DNA from: Ferruginibacter sp.
GTDB taxonomy: Bacteria > Bacteroidota > Bacteroidia > Chitinophagales > Chitinophagaceae
Length of the DNA stretch: 40,892 nt
Reading direction: 5' to 3'
Assembly: GCA_043740775.1 (NCBI GenBank)
Contig: JAYUBR010000641.1
Coordinates: 1 to 40,892, forward strand
The notes below the pieces were generated by a model. That model was not told the DNA's origin. It worked only from the letters and a program-made list of their open reading frames with translations, and searched no databases. Below, piece by piece: positions 18,709-28,487 of the stretch. Positions within the stretch are counted from its first letter, which is position 1. Each line of letters starts with the position of its first letter. Position numbers and translations under genes: made by a program.

Positions 18709-19641
18709 TTATTTTTTGTCAACTTCAATATTAGTACCTGCTAAAGAAACAAGCTTAGATGATGTTGCGGGCATTGTACTAAAATGGAATAAACCAGATA
18801 AAAAATCTGCCATTGAATAATCAGCCTTTTCAATTGCCTCTTTGGTTTTACTATAATTTTTTGTCCTTAAAAAAAACTTAATAATGTTCACTGCAAAACG
18901 GCGTTTACGTTTTTGGTGAAGCCATTTTACCTGGCTTGCTGTTAAAAGCAAATTCAGATTAGCCAAAGCATCTTTCAGGTACTTATTATAATTATAAAGA
19001 TAACTATACTGGTTACTTTGTTCCTGTCCATCATGCCGCCTGTAAAACCAAAAAATATCTTTTAATACAAGCACATTGCCCTGACTGGCTGCGTGCAGGT
19101 TAAAATACATATCACTGGCTGGTCCATAAGCAGTGGGATACATCCCTATTCGAAAAAAAAAATCTTTATTTATGATAGTTCCGCCCGGTCCCGCCTTTAA
19201 AAAAGGGTCTTTAAAAAAATGCCACTCAATAGCCTCCTTCGGTTTAAGTAAAAATTCTATAGTTATTTGCTTCGGATAGTAAATTGCCCAATCGGCAGCG
19301 GCATTTTCTTCCATACATTCAACGCAATATTCAAGGCCGCCAGGAACTAGCTTATCATCCGAATCCAGATACTTTAAATATTTACCTTTTGCATAACCAG
19401 CAGCATAGTTTCTATTTGGATAGTCTCCTAGATTAATCTCATTTACATAAAGTTTTATCCGACTGTCTTTTACTTCATATTCCCTGGCAATGGCCACAGT
19501 TGTATCCCCAGAACAATCATCAACAATTATCAATTCAAAATTGGCATAGGAGGATGATAATACACTTTCAATTGCGGCAGCAATGTATTTTTCCCTGTTA
19601 TAGGCAGTCATTAACACACTTACTAATGGAGCGTTTATCAT
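18709..19641 (-). CDS. GT2 glycosyltransferase (paralog of 21721..22581)
   Basis: VSVLMTAYN, IVDDCS, NLGDYPNRN, YLDSDD. Confidence 0.92.
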   Translation of the reverse strand: MINAPLVSVLMTAYNREKYIAAAIESVLSSSYANFELIIVDDCSGDTTVAIAREYEVKDSRIKLYVNEINLGDYPNRNYAAGYAKGKYLKYLDSDDKLVPGGLEYCVECMEENAAADWAIYYPKQITIEFLLKPKEAIEWHFFKDPFLKAGPGGTIINKDFFFRIGMYPTAYGPASDMYFNLHAASQGNVLVLKDIFWFYRRHDGQEQSNQYSYLYNYNKYLKDALANLNLLLTASQVKWLHQKRKRRFAVNIIKFFLRTKNYSKTKEAIEKADYSMADFLSGLFHFSTMPATSSKLVSLAGTNIEVDKK

Positions 19642-19678
19642 TTATAAATCAGTTCAAAAAAAATTATTGCAATTATCA

Positions 19679-20806
19679 CTACATCAATCCAATTGATTTA
19701 CACTTTTTTTTAAATGCTATCATATCAACTTCCGTATTATCATTTTTTGGGTTAATGTCAATTGCGCTTGATTTCCCTAAAATATAATGATAGTCGAGAT
19801 TTACCATTTTAGAAATAAACCAAAAACATGGATTGATATGTGAAGGATTAAATATATCAACCACTATGGTATGAGGTTTACAAAAGACAAGATTGGTAAG
19901 TGCACTTCCATGAGAGCAAATGATGATAGAAGCTTCTGAAAATAAGTTAACCTGTTCAGCTACTTTCATCTCTTCACAATGTATAATTTCAAAATTATAC
20001 CTGGATAAACAAACTATCAATTCTGCTTCATTTACAATTTCCCTTCTACCAATTTTTTTCCTGCTGATATACAATTTTCTGTACGGTTGATTAACGCTAA
20101 TACAATCTTCGTATAACTTTTTTAAGAAATTAACCTGAAAAAAATCCGGCTGATTAAGCGGGCCTGCAAGAGAAGGCACTAATAAAGTTTCTGCTGTTAT
20201 GTGAAAGCCCCAATTGTTATTTGCTGCCACTATCTTTTGTGTGGGTATTCCTAGTTTTTCTAACGTCTCTTCCTGGAAAGGTAAGTGGGTAAACTCAGTA
20301 ACAAAAAAATCAATTGATTTAAGTGAAAACATTTTAGAGACCAATCCGAGGCGTGGTAAAATATCCAGCATCCAATGGTAATATACATTTGCACCCGCCG
20401 TACCAAAAACAGCGGTAATACCGTTGAGCAACTTTCCTTTAACTTGTTTTATTGTGTAATAAACGGAGTGCTCAATATTCAGCCCTTTATTAAATTCCCT
20501 GGACACGTCGCTAATAAAATAATCATGATCGCCAATTACTGCACCATTAATACCCCAAACCCTTCCCAAGTTTAAAAGTGCAATAAAGTTAGAATGCTGG
20601 GAAATAAAATCATGTGAACTAAAAAAAACAGGTAATTCTTCCTTCTGAAGCGAAAACTTACTACTTTTTTCAAACTCAATTGTTCCTGCATCTGGGTAAG
20701 CGTCTAAATATTCCCTCATCCCGGAGCTATTCCTGGGCGGTCCGATGATTGCCGAAGAAACAGGCAATATTTTTTTTATTATGTTGTTGATATCTTTTCT
20801 ATTCAC
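19679..20806 (-). CDS. GT61 / DUF563 family glycosyltransferase (GTG start)
   Basis: NVYYHWMLDILPRL, KLYISR..R.IVNE, EQVNLFSEA, HGSALTNLVF. Confidence 0.88.
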   Translation of the reverse strand: MNRKDINNIIKKILPVSSAIIGPPRNSSGMREYLDAYPDAGTIEFEKSSKFSLQKEELPVFFSSHDFISQHSNFIALLNLGRVWGINGAVIGDHDYFISDVSREFNKGLNIEHSVYYTIKQVKGKLLNGITAVFGTAGANVYYHWMLDILPRLGLVSKMFSLKSIDFFVTEFTHLPFQEETLEKLGIPTQKIVAANNNWGFHITAETLLVPSLAGPLNQPDFFQVNFLKKLYEDCISVNQPYRKLYISRKKIGRREIVNEAELIVCLSRYNFEIIHCEEMKVAEQVNLFSEASIIICSHGSALTNLVFCKPHTIVVDIFNPSHINPCFWFISKMVNLDYHYILGKSSAIDINPKNDNTEVDMIAFKKKCKSIGLM

Positions 20807-20901
20807 AATGACCCTTCATAAACAAGGTAAACATGTTTGTTGCTTTTGACAAATTATTACTACTTCCGCATCTCGTCCTGAAATACAAGTGATAGTACTT
20901 A

Positions 20902-21627
20902 TTAATACTTGTAGATACCCCTGTGAGCAAATAAAGCATTACCGAAATAACTATTATATTTCCAGGCATGTAAACTAAGGCCATATAAACCTACAAAAAA
21001 GTAATTCCTGGCTGCAAGCCATTCCGAAAGGTCCTGAAAATTGGTGTGCTGCCTATCGCTTTTTAAAAACCCTGCTTCACAAAAAATGAAGGACACCTGT
21101 GCATTGTTCAACATTTCTCTTCCCCCAGCAATTACATTTAATTCATATCCTTCTGTATCTATCTTTAGGATATCAATTTTAGTAATCTCCTTTTTGATGC
21201 AGTAATTATCAAGTGTATCAATATTTATTATTTCTTCCTTTGCATTACTATCGTGGTTCATTAATTCATCCTTCAGCGAATTTAAATAGGAATACTTGTC
21301 GAAAACTTTAATCGTTTTCTTTCCAACGGTATCTCCTAATGCAATATTCTCCAAAACACAATTTTTATCACTACACGCCAGAAGTTTCAGTTGCTGAAAC
21401 GGGGCTAACACGGGTTCAAAACAATATATTTTCGCCTTGGGCTCATTATTCCTGAACCATTCATATGTCTGACCAATATTTGCACCAACGTCAAACATGG
21501 CATTGAGCGGGCCATAACCAAAACGCTGGTGAATATCAATATATAGGTCAGTGCCCACCGGCAATGATGATAATTTATGAATCCAGTATCCCGTACTTTT
21601 TGTAAATATCTTTTTAATTATATTCAA
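20902..21627 (-). CDS. FkbM-family methyltransferase (TTG start)
   Basis: FDVGANIG, IYCFEP, TLDNY, LKIDTEGYELNV. Confidence 0.92.
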   Translation of the reverse strand: MNIIKKIFTKSTGYWIHKLSSLPVGTDLYIDIHQRFGYGPLNAMFDVGANIGQTYEWFRNNEPKAKIYCFEPVLAPFQQLKLLACSDKNCVLENIALGDTVGKKTIKVFDKYSYLNSLKDELMNHDSNAKEEIINIDTLDNYCIKKEITKIDILKIDTEGYELNVIAGGREMLNNAQVSFIFCEAGFLKSDRQHTNFQDLSEWLAARNYFFVGLYGLSLHAWKYNSYFGNALFAHRGIYKY

Positions 21628-21720
21628 TTTTATTTTTTTAAATGAGTACGTTACGGCTATTGTATAAAGTCTGAAGCAAAAATTTTAAAATTTATTTTAA
21701 ATTTAAACCTTACAAACCTT

Positions 21721-22581
21721 TTACTGAAAAATAGCATAAAACATATCCTTCAATCCAAACTGTGTATACTTTAATGCAGCGATTGTTTTTGACCATTTGA
21801 AAGTGGAAAAGAAAAAATAAATGATATTTATAAAAAATCTTCTTTTATTTTTTAGATGAAGCCATCTTAATTTATCCGAAGGCAAATGCAATGGCAGTTC
21901 ATTCAATGCATCTTCCAGGTAGAGATAGTTATTATACAAATAACTAAACCGATTATTAATCTCCTGTCCCTCATGAATCCGGTATAAAAGGAATTCAAAA
22001 GGAATCAACACCATACTGGTATTACAAGCTGCTTTAAGATTAAAATACATATCATTTGCCGGACCATACTTGGTTGGATATCTATGAATTTTTTCAAAAA
22101 AAGTTCTCCTGATAACAGTACCTCCTGGTCCTGTTCCTAAAAGTGGTTCATCAAAAAAGTGCTTACTTATTACAGCTTTTGATTCGATTTCAAAAGGTTC
22201 GCAAACCTTATTAAATATTCGCATTCCAAAAGATGATTGTGGATATTTAAGCATTAAACTTATGCATTTCTCAATCCCGTCGTCAAATATTTTATCATCG
22301 GAGTCTACATACATAAGGTATTCGCCCCTGGCGTAAGATGAAGCCATGTTTCTGTTGGCATAATCTCCTAAATTTTTATTGTTGATAAATACTTTTATTC
22401 TCTTATCCTTTGCTTCAAAACTCCTGGCTATAGCAACGGTATTGTCAGTGGAACCATCATCCACTATGATCAATTCAAAATTTGTATAACTGGAGCCTAA
22501 CACACTTTCAATTGCCTCGGCAATATATTTTTCCCGGTTATAAGCTGTCATTAAAACACTAACTAAAGGGGTACTGATCAT
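21721..22581 (-). CDS. GT2 glycosyltransferase (paralog of 18709..19641)
   Basis: VSVLMTAYN, IVDDGSTD, NLGDYANRN, YVDSDD. Confidence 0.92.
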   Translation of the reverse strand: MISTPLVSVLMTAYNREKYIAEAIESVLGSSYTNFELIIVDDGSTDNTVAIARSFEAKDKRIKVFINNKNLGDYANRNMASSYARGEYLMYVDSDDKIFDDGIEKCISLMLKYPQSSFGMRIFNKVCEPFEIESKAVISKHFFDEPLLGTGPGGTVIRRTFFEKIHRYPTKYGPANDMYFNLKAACNTSMVLIPFEFLLYRIHEGQEINNRFSYLYNNYLYLEDALNELPLHLPSDKLRWLHLKNKRRFFINIIYFFFSTFKWSKTIAALKYTQFGLKDMFYAIFQ

Positions 22582-22628
22582 TTATAAATTCAGTTAACTA
22601 TTATATTATTAAAAATGAAAAAGCCATT

Positions 22629-23444
22629 TTATAAATAATTTGTATTTACCAGCCACAGATTGTTTTCCGGCACATGGGTTATGCGACTATTCAGCTGCTG
22701 GCCATTTATATCCTTCACCAAAAACCCTTTTTCAGTAAAAAAATTATTCAGTTTTTCAAATGACTGTCCTGAAAGATCGTTGAATTCCAACAGGATATTT
22801 TTTACAGGATAGATGTCAAAAGAAAAATCTTTTAATACCTCAAATTCATTCCCTTCAATATCAATTTTGATGAGCTCTGCTTGTTGTATACCCTGGCTTT
22901 GAAAAATGAAATTCAATGAACAACTTAACACCGAAAAAGGAGATTTGTTACCTGTATTAAAGGAGGCCGATCCCAGGTTTTGAGGGTGGGGCAAATTAAA
23001 ACTTGCAAACTGAAAACGATCACTAAGTGCAGTATTTAGTATAGTAATGTTATTTCGTTTATTTAATTGAACATTATTCATCAATTGCGGTACCACCATG
23101 TAGTTGGGCTCCACTGCGTAGACTTTGACAGTTTTATTCTCTGATACTGCGCAGGTATACAAACCAAAGTTGGCCCCAATGTCGATAAACGCACCACCAT
23201 TTTTTAAAATATCTTTGACGAGTTTTAAAGAAGAATGCTCATACCCATTATCTATTAATATCATCCTTGAAATCCAGTCATTAGGAGATAATTTGAAAAT
23301 ACAATTATATTCATCTTTCACGACAATGCCATTATAAAATAAATATTTTCCTATAAAATTTTGTATGCGTATTTTGGAAGGATGGCTTCTTGAGAGCAGG
23401 TATTTTCTAAATAATTTTGCTGTATAAGAGACCGGATAAAACAT
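22629..23444 (-). CDS. FkbM-family methyltransferase
   Basis: FIDIGANFGLYT, VYAVEPN, IKIDIEGNEFEVL. Confidence 0.92.
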   Translation of the reverse strand: MFYPVSYTAKLFRKYLLSRSHPSKIRIQNFIGKYLFYNGIVVKDEYNCIFKLSPNDWISRMILIDNGYEHSSLKLVKDILKNGGAFIDIGANFGLYTCAVSENKTVKVYAVEPNYMVVPQLMNNVQLNKRNNITILNTALSDRFQFASFNLPHPQNLGSASFNTGNKSPFSVLSCSLNFIFQSQGIQQAELIKIDIEGNEFEVLKDFSFDIYPVKNILLEFNDLSGQSFEKLNNFFTEKGFLVKDINGQQLNSRITHVPENNLWLVNTNYL

Positions 23445-23517
23445 TTTAAATATATGAGTATACCAAGATAAAAGGGTTAATCACAAGCTTAATATTAGAA
23501 AGTGACAACAGGAAAAT

Positions 23518-24678
23518 TTATTTAAATTTTCGGATAGAAGATGAAATGAAATTAGGAATGAGCGGGTGATCTAACCTGCTTCCATAAACTTTTGACGGAA
23601 TCTTCTTTCGGGTTCTTTTTGCTGCAACTGTTCCATAAAGAATTTCAAACTTTTTTGTGTTCTCCACAGGATCAAAAATTATATTCGCCCTTTGCATACA
23701 ATTAAAAGATAGCTTGTTTAGAAATGACCTATCACCATTTAGTTCCTTAATACGTCTTGCATAAGCTACTGAATCGCCTTTATTACAATAGTAACCGGTA
23801 TTACCGGCACTTACCAAATCATCTACAGCGCCATCCCAATTAGATATTAGCGGTACAACTCCTGCTTTCATTGCTTCAACCAATGACACCGGTAATCCCT
23901 CAGCAAGCGATGGTAACAAAAAAATATCCTGACCGGTCAGCAACGTAATGATTTCTTCGTTCTTTTGAACACCCAGAAAATTTACACTTTCTTTCATTCC
24001 TTCCGGCCAAAGATCGAAAAATTCTTTTGCCATCATTCCACCTCCAGCTATCGTAAAATAATAATCATTGGGAGTATCGCTTAATTGTCTTGCAACTTCC
24101 ACAATGGTGGAAAATTGCTTTCGCTCCTCTTTTAAATCTCTTACAAAATATATCAGGTGAAGTTTATCATTCTCCCGGTTTTTTGATTCAACGGATTGTA
24201 CCGGAAAATTGAGGTAAATAATATCATCCTCTCGGTTTGGCAATTTATTTTTTAATGAACCTGACATTTTTGAACTGATACATACAAAAGCATCTATAAC
24301 AGGACTATTGATTTTTGCCAGCTCATAATAATAGTCAAAATCACCATGCAATATTTGTATAACCGGGTTTTGCAAACCAAGGTTGCTTGCCATACCTAAT
24401 TCCATCCAGTCATGTGCAATAATCAGCGTTTTTTCATCCGGCAATAAAACTGCTAATTGCTTGCATGTGTAATAAAAATTCCATTTTGGTGAATAATAAA
24501 ATACTTGTTCACTGGCTGCACCATCTAAATGTAGTATTTCAAATTTTTCTACCAGGTCTTTATTGATGGTATAGATCACATGGTTTTCAATATCATCTTG
24601 TTGTTTGTATAAAAGAAGGTTTTTAATAACGGATAAAACCCCGCCGCCTGCACCATTATGGAAATGATATACTTTCAT
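23518..24678 (-). CDS. GT4 glycosyltransferase
   Basis: GAGGGV N-terminal loop, LPSLAEGLPVSLVEAMKAGVVP. Confidence 0.92.
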   Translation of the reverse strand: MKVYHFHNGAGGGVLSVIKNLLLYKQQDDIENHVIYTINKDLVEKFEILHLDGAASEQVFYYSPKWNFYYTCKQLAVLLPDEKTLIIAHDWMELGMASNLGLQNPVIQILHGDFDYYYELAKINSPVIDAFVCISSKMSGSLKNKLPNREDDIIYLNFPVQSVESKNRENDKLHLIYFVRDLKEERKQFSTIVEVARQLSDTPNDYYFTIAGGGMMAKEFFDLWPEGMKESVNFLGVQKNEEIITLLTGQDIFLLPSLAEGLPVSLVEAMKAGVVPLISNWDGAVDDLVSAGNTGYYCNKGDSVAYARRIKELNGDRSFLNKLSFNCMQRANIIFDPVENTKKFEILYGTVAAKRTRKKIPSKVYGSRLDHPLIPNFISSSIRKFK

Positions 24679-24682
24679 TTGA

Positions 24683-25399
24683 TCAAATAAACAATTTTCT
24701 GAACAAATACGATTTCAATCTTGATGAAAAGGACTTACCTTTAAAATGATAGTGTTTGGATAAATGAAATAACCTGTCGTAAGAGAAATTATTTGCCTGT
24801 TGAATCAATTGATCTTTTCTGGCGGCACCCGGCTTTAGGTATATCAACCCAAATCCACCCCACATTTCACCTCTTGTTAAATCATTGGGCGAATAAATGC
24901 CTTGCACAAAATCAATATCTACAATTTCAACATAGGCGTTTTTTTCGTATTCCGCTTCCAGCATACCTTGCCTGCATTCAGGATTAAAACTATCATGCAT
25001 CAACACCAGCAAGGGCTTGGAAACCTGCATATTTAAAATGCTATCAATATCATATTTTACACCTTTTAAAGAATGATCCCCATCAATTAATATAAAATCC
25101 GGCTGCTCGCCATTTATAGCCAAATCTTTAATAAGACGCGGTAATGTGTCTTTTGAATCACCAATAACAAAATGCACATTCGGGAATGATTGGCCCAGTT
25201 CCTCCACCATAGGATCAATATCGAGGCTGTACACCGTTTTGCTCAATGCGGCAATTAATTGCAGGCTTCCTCCTTTTTTAGTTCCAATTTCAATAGATAT
25301 AGAAGGTTTTATATCATTCAATACATTAAGCAATGCTATTTTCTCTGCATTTACCATTTCCCAATAAAGCGGCAAGTCAAACAAATCGAGGGTTTTCAT
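24683..25399 (-). CDS. Class I SAM methyltransferase (Methyltransf_24-like)
   Basis: IEIGTKKGGS, SLDID, GDS, ILIDGDHS, MHD. Confidence 0.85.
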   Translation of the reverse strand: MKTLDLFDLPLYWEMVNAEKIALLNVLNDIKPSISIEIGTKKGGSLQLIAALSKTVYSLDIDPMVEELGQSFPNVHFVIGDSKDTLPRLIKDLAINGEQPDFILIDGDHSLKGVKYDIDSILNMQVSKPLLVLMHDSFNPECRQGMLEAEYEKNAYVEIVDIDFVQGIYSPNDLTRGEMWGGFGLIYLKPGAARKDQLIQQANNFSYDRLFHLSKHYHFKGKSFSSRLKSYLFRKLFI

Positions 25400-25412
25400 C
25401 TTAATTTTCTAC

Positions 25413-26624
25413 TTATACTTTTTTTGAGTGCCCAATGATTAACTGATAGTGTTTTTCCATTTGCAGGCCAACTACATCTTTGTTATATTTTTCCAGCACG
25501 GCCAACCTGCCCGCATTTCCGTAATGCCATCGCAGTTTTTCTTCATCCAGCAATATTATCACGGCATTGGCCATTTGCTTAACATCATGCGGATTTACCA
25601 ACACTCCGTTTCCGTTACCTAATATATCATTCATGCCGCCTTCACTGCTACCTATCACTGGCCTTGCGGCACTCATAGCTTCTAAACAAACCAGCCCAAA
25701 ACATTCCCATATACTTGGGAATATACAAACTGCTGTTGTTTCAAACTGGTCAAGCATTGTTTCATAATCAAGAGTACCCATGATAAGATAATTATCATTG
25801 TATCCTTTTAATTGCTGCCGGATATAATCGGACATGTTCATTTTTTCTACGTCAAAATAACCATCTCCACCAATGAGCCTGAAAACCACGTCGGGATGTT
25901 TTTGAGCAACCATTCGAATTAGTTTTATAAGATTGACAATTCCTTTATGAACATTTAGTTTACCAATAAATGTAACTACTTTTTTTACAGGTATATCCAC
26001 GGGTATTTGCCGTAATTTTTCAGGTGGTGTAAATGGATTAGGTATCACTGTAATTCGCTCGGTTGGTAAATGCCACTCATCAGCAATGATGTTTTTTTGC
26101 GCCAGGGATGGAGCCACTATGCCTTCACCCAATATTGTAAATGCATATTCTATATCCGTTTTATAATGATAATCTCCAAAAAAATTAATTCGTCCCCGCC
26201 TGATACCTCCCAAAAAATAACGAAGCTTTGTAAAGCTGCCGGTATAAAAATTCAGCAGCCGCATTTGTATAAAAGAAGCCATATGCAGTTTTACTACCAA
26301 AGGCAATAATGGGTATTTTTCTTTTATCATTAATGCATTGGCAAATATCTCCGGGCTTTCTATAATATCAAAAGGTGCCGCTTGATGCCTTTCAACAAAT
26401 TTGTTTAAACAATCATTCCTGAAACTTTGAACATCAGTAATTAAGCAACGATGTATTAGTATTCCATTTATAGATGCTGATATATTGCGGGTATGACTTC
26501 CACAAAATACTTCCACCATATTGCCCCTGTCATGCATTATCCTGGCAACCTGTTCCGTATAGGTGGCTATACCGCCCCACGCTGTATCGGGTGGGTATTC
26601 ACATGTTATAAAAGCGATTCTCAA
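25413..26624 (-). CDS. GT4 glycosyltransferase (TTG start overlapping the upstream stop)
   Basis: EYPPDTAWGGIATY, FIGKLNVHKG, ECFGLVCLEAMSAARPVI. Confidence 0.92.
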   Translation of the reverse strand: MRIAFITCEYPPDTAWGGIATYTEQVARIMHDRGNMVEVFCGSHTRNISASINGILIHRCLITDVQSFRNDCLNKFVERHQAAPFDIIESPEIFANALMIKEKYPLLPLVVKLHMASFIQMRLLNFYTGSFTKLRYFLGGIRRGRINFFGDYHYKTDIEYAFTILGEGIVAPSLAQKNIIADEWHLPTERITVIPNPFTPPEKLRQIPVDIPVKKVVTFIGKLNVHKGIVNLIKLIRMVAQKHPDVVFRLIGGDGYFDVEKMNMSDYIRQQLKGYNDNYLIMGTLDYETMLDQFETTAVCIFPSIWECFGLVCLEAMSAARPVIGSSEGGMNDILGNGNGVLVNPHDVKQMANAVIILLDEEKLRWHYGNAGRLAVLEKYNKDVVGLQMEKHYQLIIGHSKKV

Positions 26625-27622
26625 GAAAATGCAACTATTTTTTTAATTTTTTTTAGCGCCGATACAAAGTAATGTGGAACTGCGTTAGCAGCAATCCAAA
26701 GCTTCCATTCATTTTTATTCATTTGCAATTTTTTCCAACCAATCACATGCTTCATCAGTTTAGCGGCACCTGGCAGATCATCATTTATATATTTTCTTTC
26801 CGCATAGTATGCGGAAAATGCAGCAAGTATAAGATTATGGGAATAATTTATTACACTCCATTTTGTATCAACAGGCTGTACATTTTTATGCAGCTGATCC
26901 ATTAAGACTTCCGGTGCATTTAATTGCTGAAATAAACTAAGCTTTAACCTGTCAAATTCATTTTCAAAATAATTTGCTTCGCTTACAGATTTAGATGCAG
27001 CATGTAATCTAAAATTTGTAAGCACCTTATCAGTTTGCAAAATATTTTTTTGACCATATTGCAAAAGATAACTCCACCACAATTGCCTGTCCATTAAATA
27101 CCGGAGGCTATTATCCAGCGGGAAAAAATTTTTAATGCAGACTACTCTAAAAAAAGTTGCAGGCTGTACAATGATACCTTCCCGTATAGTTTGGTAAACA
27201 TTTTCATTTATTATTGAACCAGCATGCAGCAGTTTTTTATCGGAGTTGATATCATCAATATACCATTCATTCCCGCATATCACTTCCACCGATGGATTAT
27301 TAAAAAATAGTTCGCCCAGTTTTAGTAAGGTTCCCGGCACATAATAGTCATCACTGTTGATCCAGTTAAATATGTCGCCGGTACATTTGGAAAAGCCTTT
27401 ATTGATAGCATCTGTTTGGCCCTGATCTTTTTCACTTACCCAGTAGGCTAATTTGTGCTCATACTTTTTTATGATATCAACTGTATCGTCAGTACTACCA
27501 CCATCAATGATAATGTATTCAAGATTGGGATAGTTTTGATTGATTACAGATTGAATCGTTTGTTCAATGTATTTACCTTGGTTGAAAGATGGTGTTACGA
27601 TAGAAATCTTTGGGTACTTCAT
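26621..27622 (-). CDS. GT2 glycosyltransferase
   Basis: ISIVTPSFNQ, IIDGGSTD, SEKDQGQTDAINKG, WINSDD. Confidence 0.93.
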   Translation of the reverse strand: MKYPKISIVTPSFNQGKYIEQTIQSVINQNYPNLEYIIIDGGSTDDTVDIIKKYEHKLAYWVSEKDQGQTDAINKGFSKCTGDIFNWINSDDYYVPGTLLKLGELFFNNPSVEVICGNEWYIDDINSDKKLLHAGSIINENVYQTIREGIIVQPATFFRVVCIKNFFPLDNSLRYLMDRQLWWSYLLQYGQKNILQTDKVLTNFRLHAASKSVSEANYFENEFDRLKLSLFQQLNAPEVLMDQLHKNVQPVDTKWSVINYSHNLILAAFSAYYAERKYINDDLPGAAKLMKHVIGWKKLQMNKNEWKLWIAANAVPHYFVSALKKIKKIVAFS

Positions 27623-27626
27623 CTAT

Positions 27627-28475
27627 TTATTTATCTTCCTGATTGTCTAAAACATAACCGTAGTCTTTTACTTTATTTTTCCAAAACTCAAAATTTCCTT
27701 CATAAGGAAAATCGCTTCTATACCAGGCATGAGCTCCAAAAGGTAAATTTCCAGACAAATATTTTATAGCAAGATTTGGATTAAAATCAAACCCAAAAAA
27801 AATTGCAGTTCGCCAACTTGGAACAACAAAACTTTTATCATAAAGAGGAACAAATACTCCCCAAAAGACATCTTCATTATATTGCCAACATGATATTTCT
27901 GAATTTAAACTTGAAGCGATTTTTAGAAATGAACTCACTTTTCTTAAGGAGAAGCCCCCATTACCAACATTAAATTTCATATAATTTGAAATAAATATTC
28001 TACTTACAATTCTATTTAATACTTTCTTATAAAATGGTTTCTTATTTATATTTTTTAGATTAATACTTTTAAAAGTCTTTATAAACCATGGAGCATCGAG
28101 CCATGGAGAACCAATGAAATCGTAATTCTTTTTGCACCAATATTCTAATTCATCTCTAAATACAAAAACATCCAATTGATGCACTAATATATAGTCATAG
28201 TTAGAAAAAAAACTATAAAAATTCACAGACATTAAAAGATTATTATAATTCTCTAAACTATTAAAAAAATAAGGGTTAAAATATATAACAGAAATTTTAC
28301 TACCTTTTACCAAACATGAATATGGTGCAATGTTCAATAAATCCGGTGCAATAAATATTATCTCATAGGAACCTAGAACTTTTGCACATTGAATTAAAGA
28401 AATACTTTCTTCAAACGTTGGCTTATTTTTATAAACAGGAATAACAATAGTAATATTTTCTTTCCTATAACTCAT
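27627..28475 (-). CDS. DUF5672 family protein (putative glycosyltransferase-like); ATG at 28475 chosen as start
   Basis: IVIPVYK, YILVHQLDVFVF, YDFIGSPW, VGNGGFSLRK, NEDVFW, PFGAHAW. Confidence 0.8.
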   Translation of the reverse strand: MSYRKENITIVIPVYKNKPTFEESISLIQCAKVLGSYEIIFIAPDLLNIAPYSCLVKGSKISVIYFNPYFFNSLENYNNLLMSVNFYSFFSNYDYILVHQLDVFVFRDELEYWCKKNYDFIGSPWLDAPWFIKTFKSINLKNINKKPFYKKVLNRIVSRIFISNYMKFNVGNGGFSLRKVSSFLKIASSLNSEISCWQYNEDVFWGVFVPLYDKSFVVPSWRTAIFFGFDFNPNLAIKYLSGNLPFGAHAWYRSDFPYEGNFEFWKNKVKDYGYVLDNQEDK

Positions 28476-28487
28476 TGTTACAAGCAA

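Noticed and set aside
19153-19162. A10 tract in a GT2 (and A9 at 10792-10800 in the OafA gene) as phase-variation switches
   Set aside because: Both genes are in frame, the tracts encode Phe runs, and such runs are common in this AT-rich DNA; read data would be needed.
20799-20984. 61-aa minus-strand ORF between FkbM and GT61
   Set aside because: It overlaps the FkbM 3' end out of frame and has no motif.
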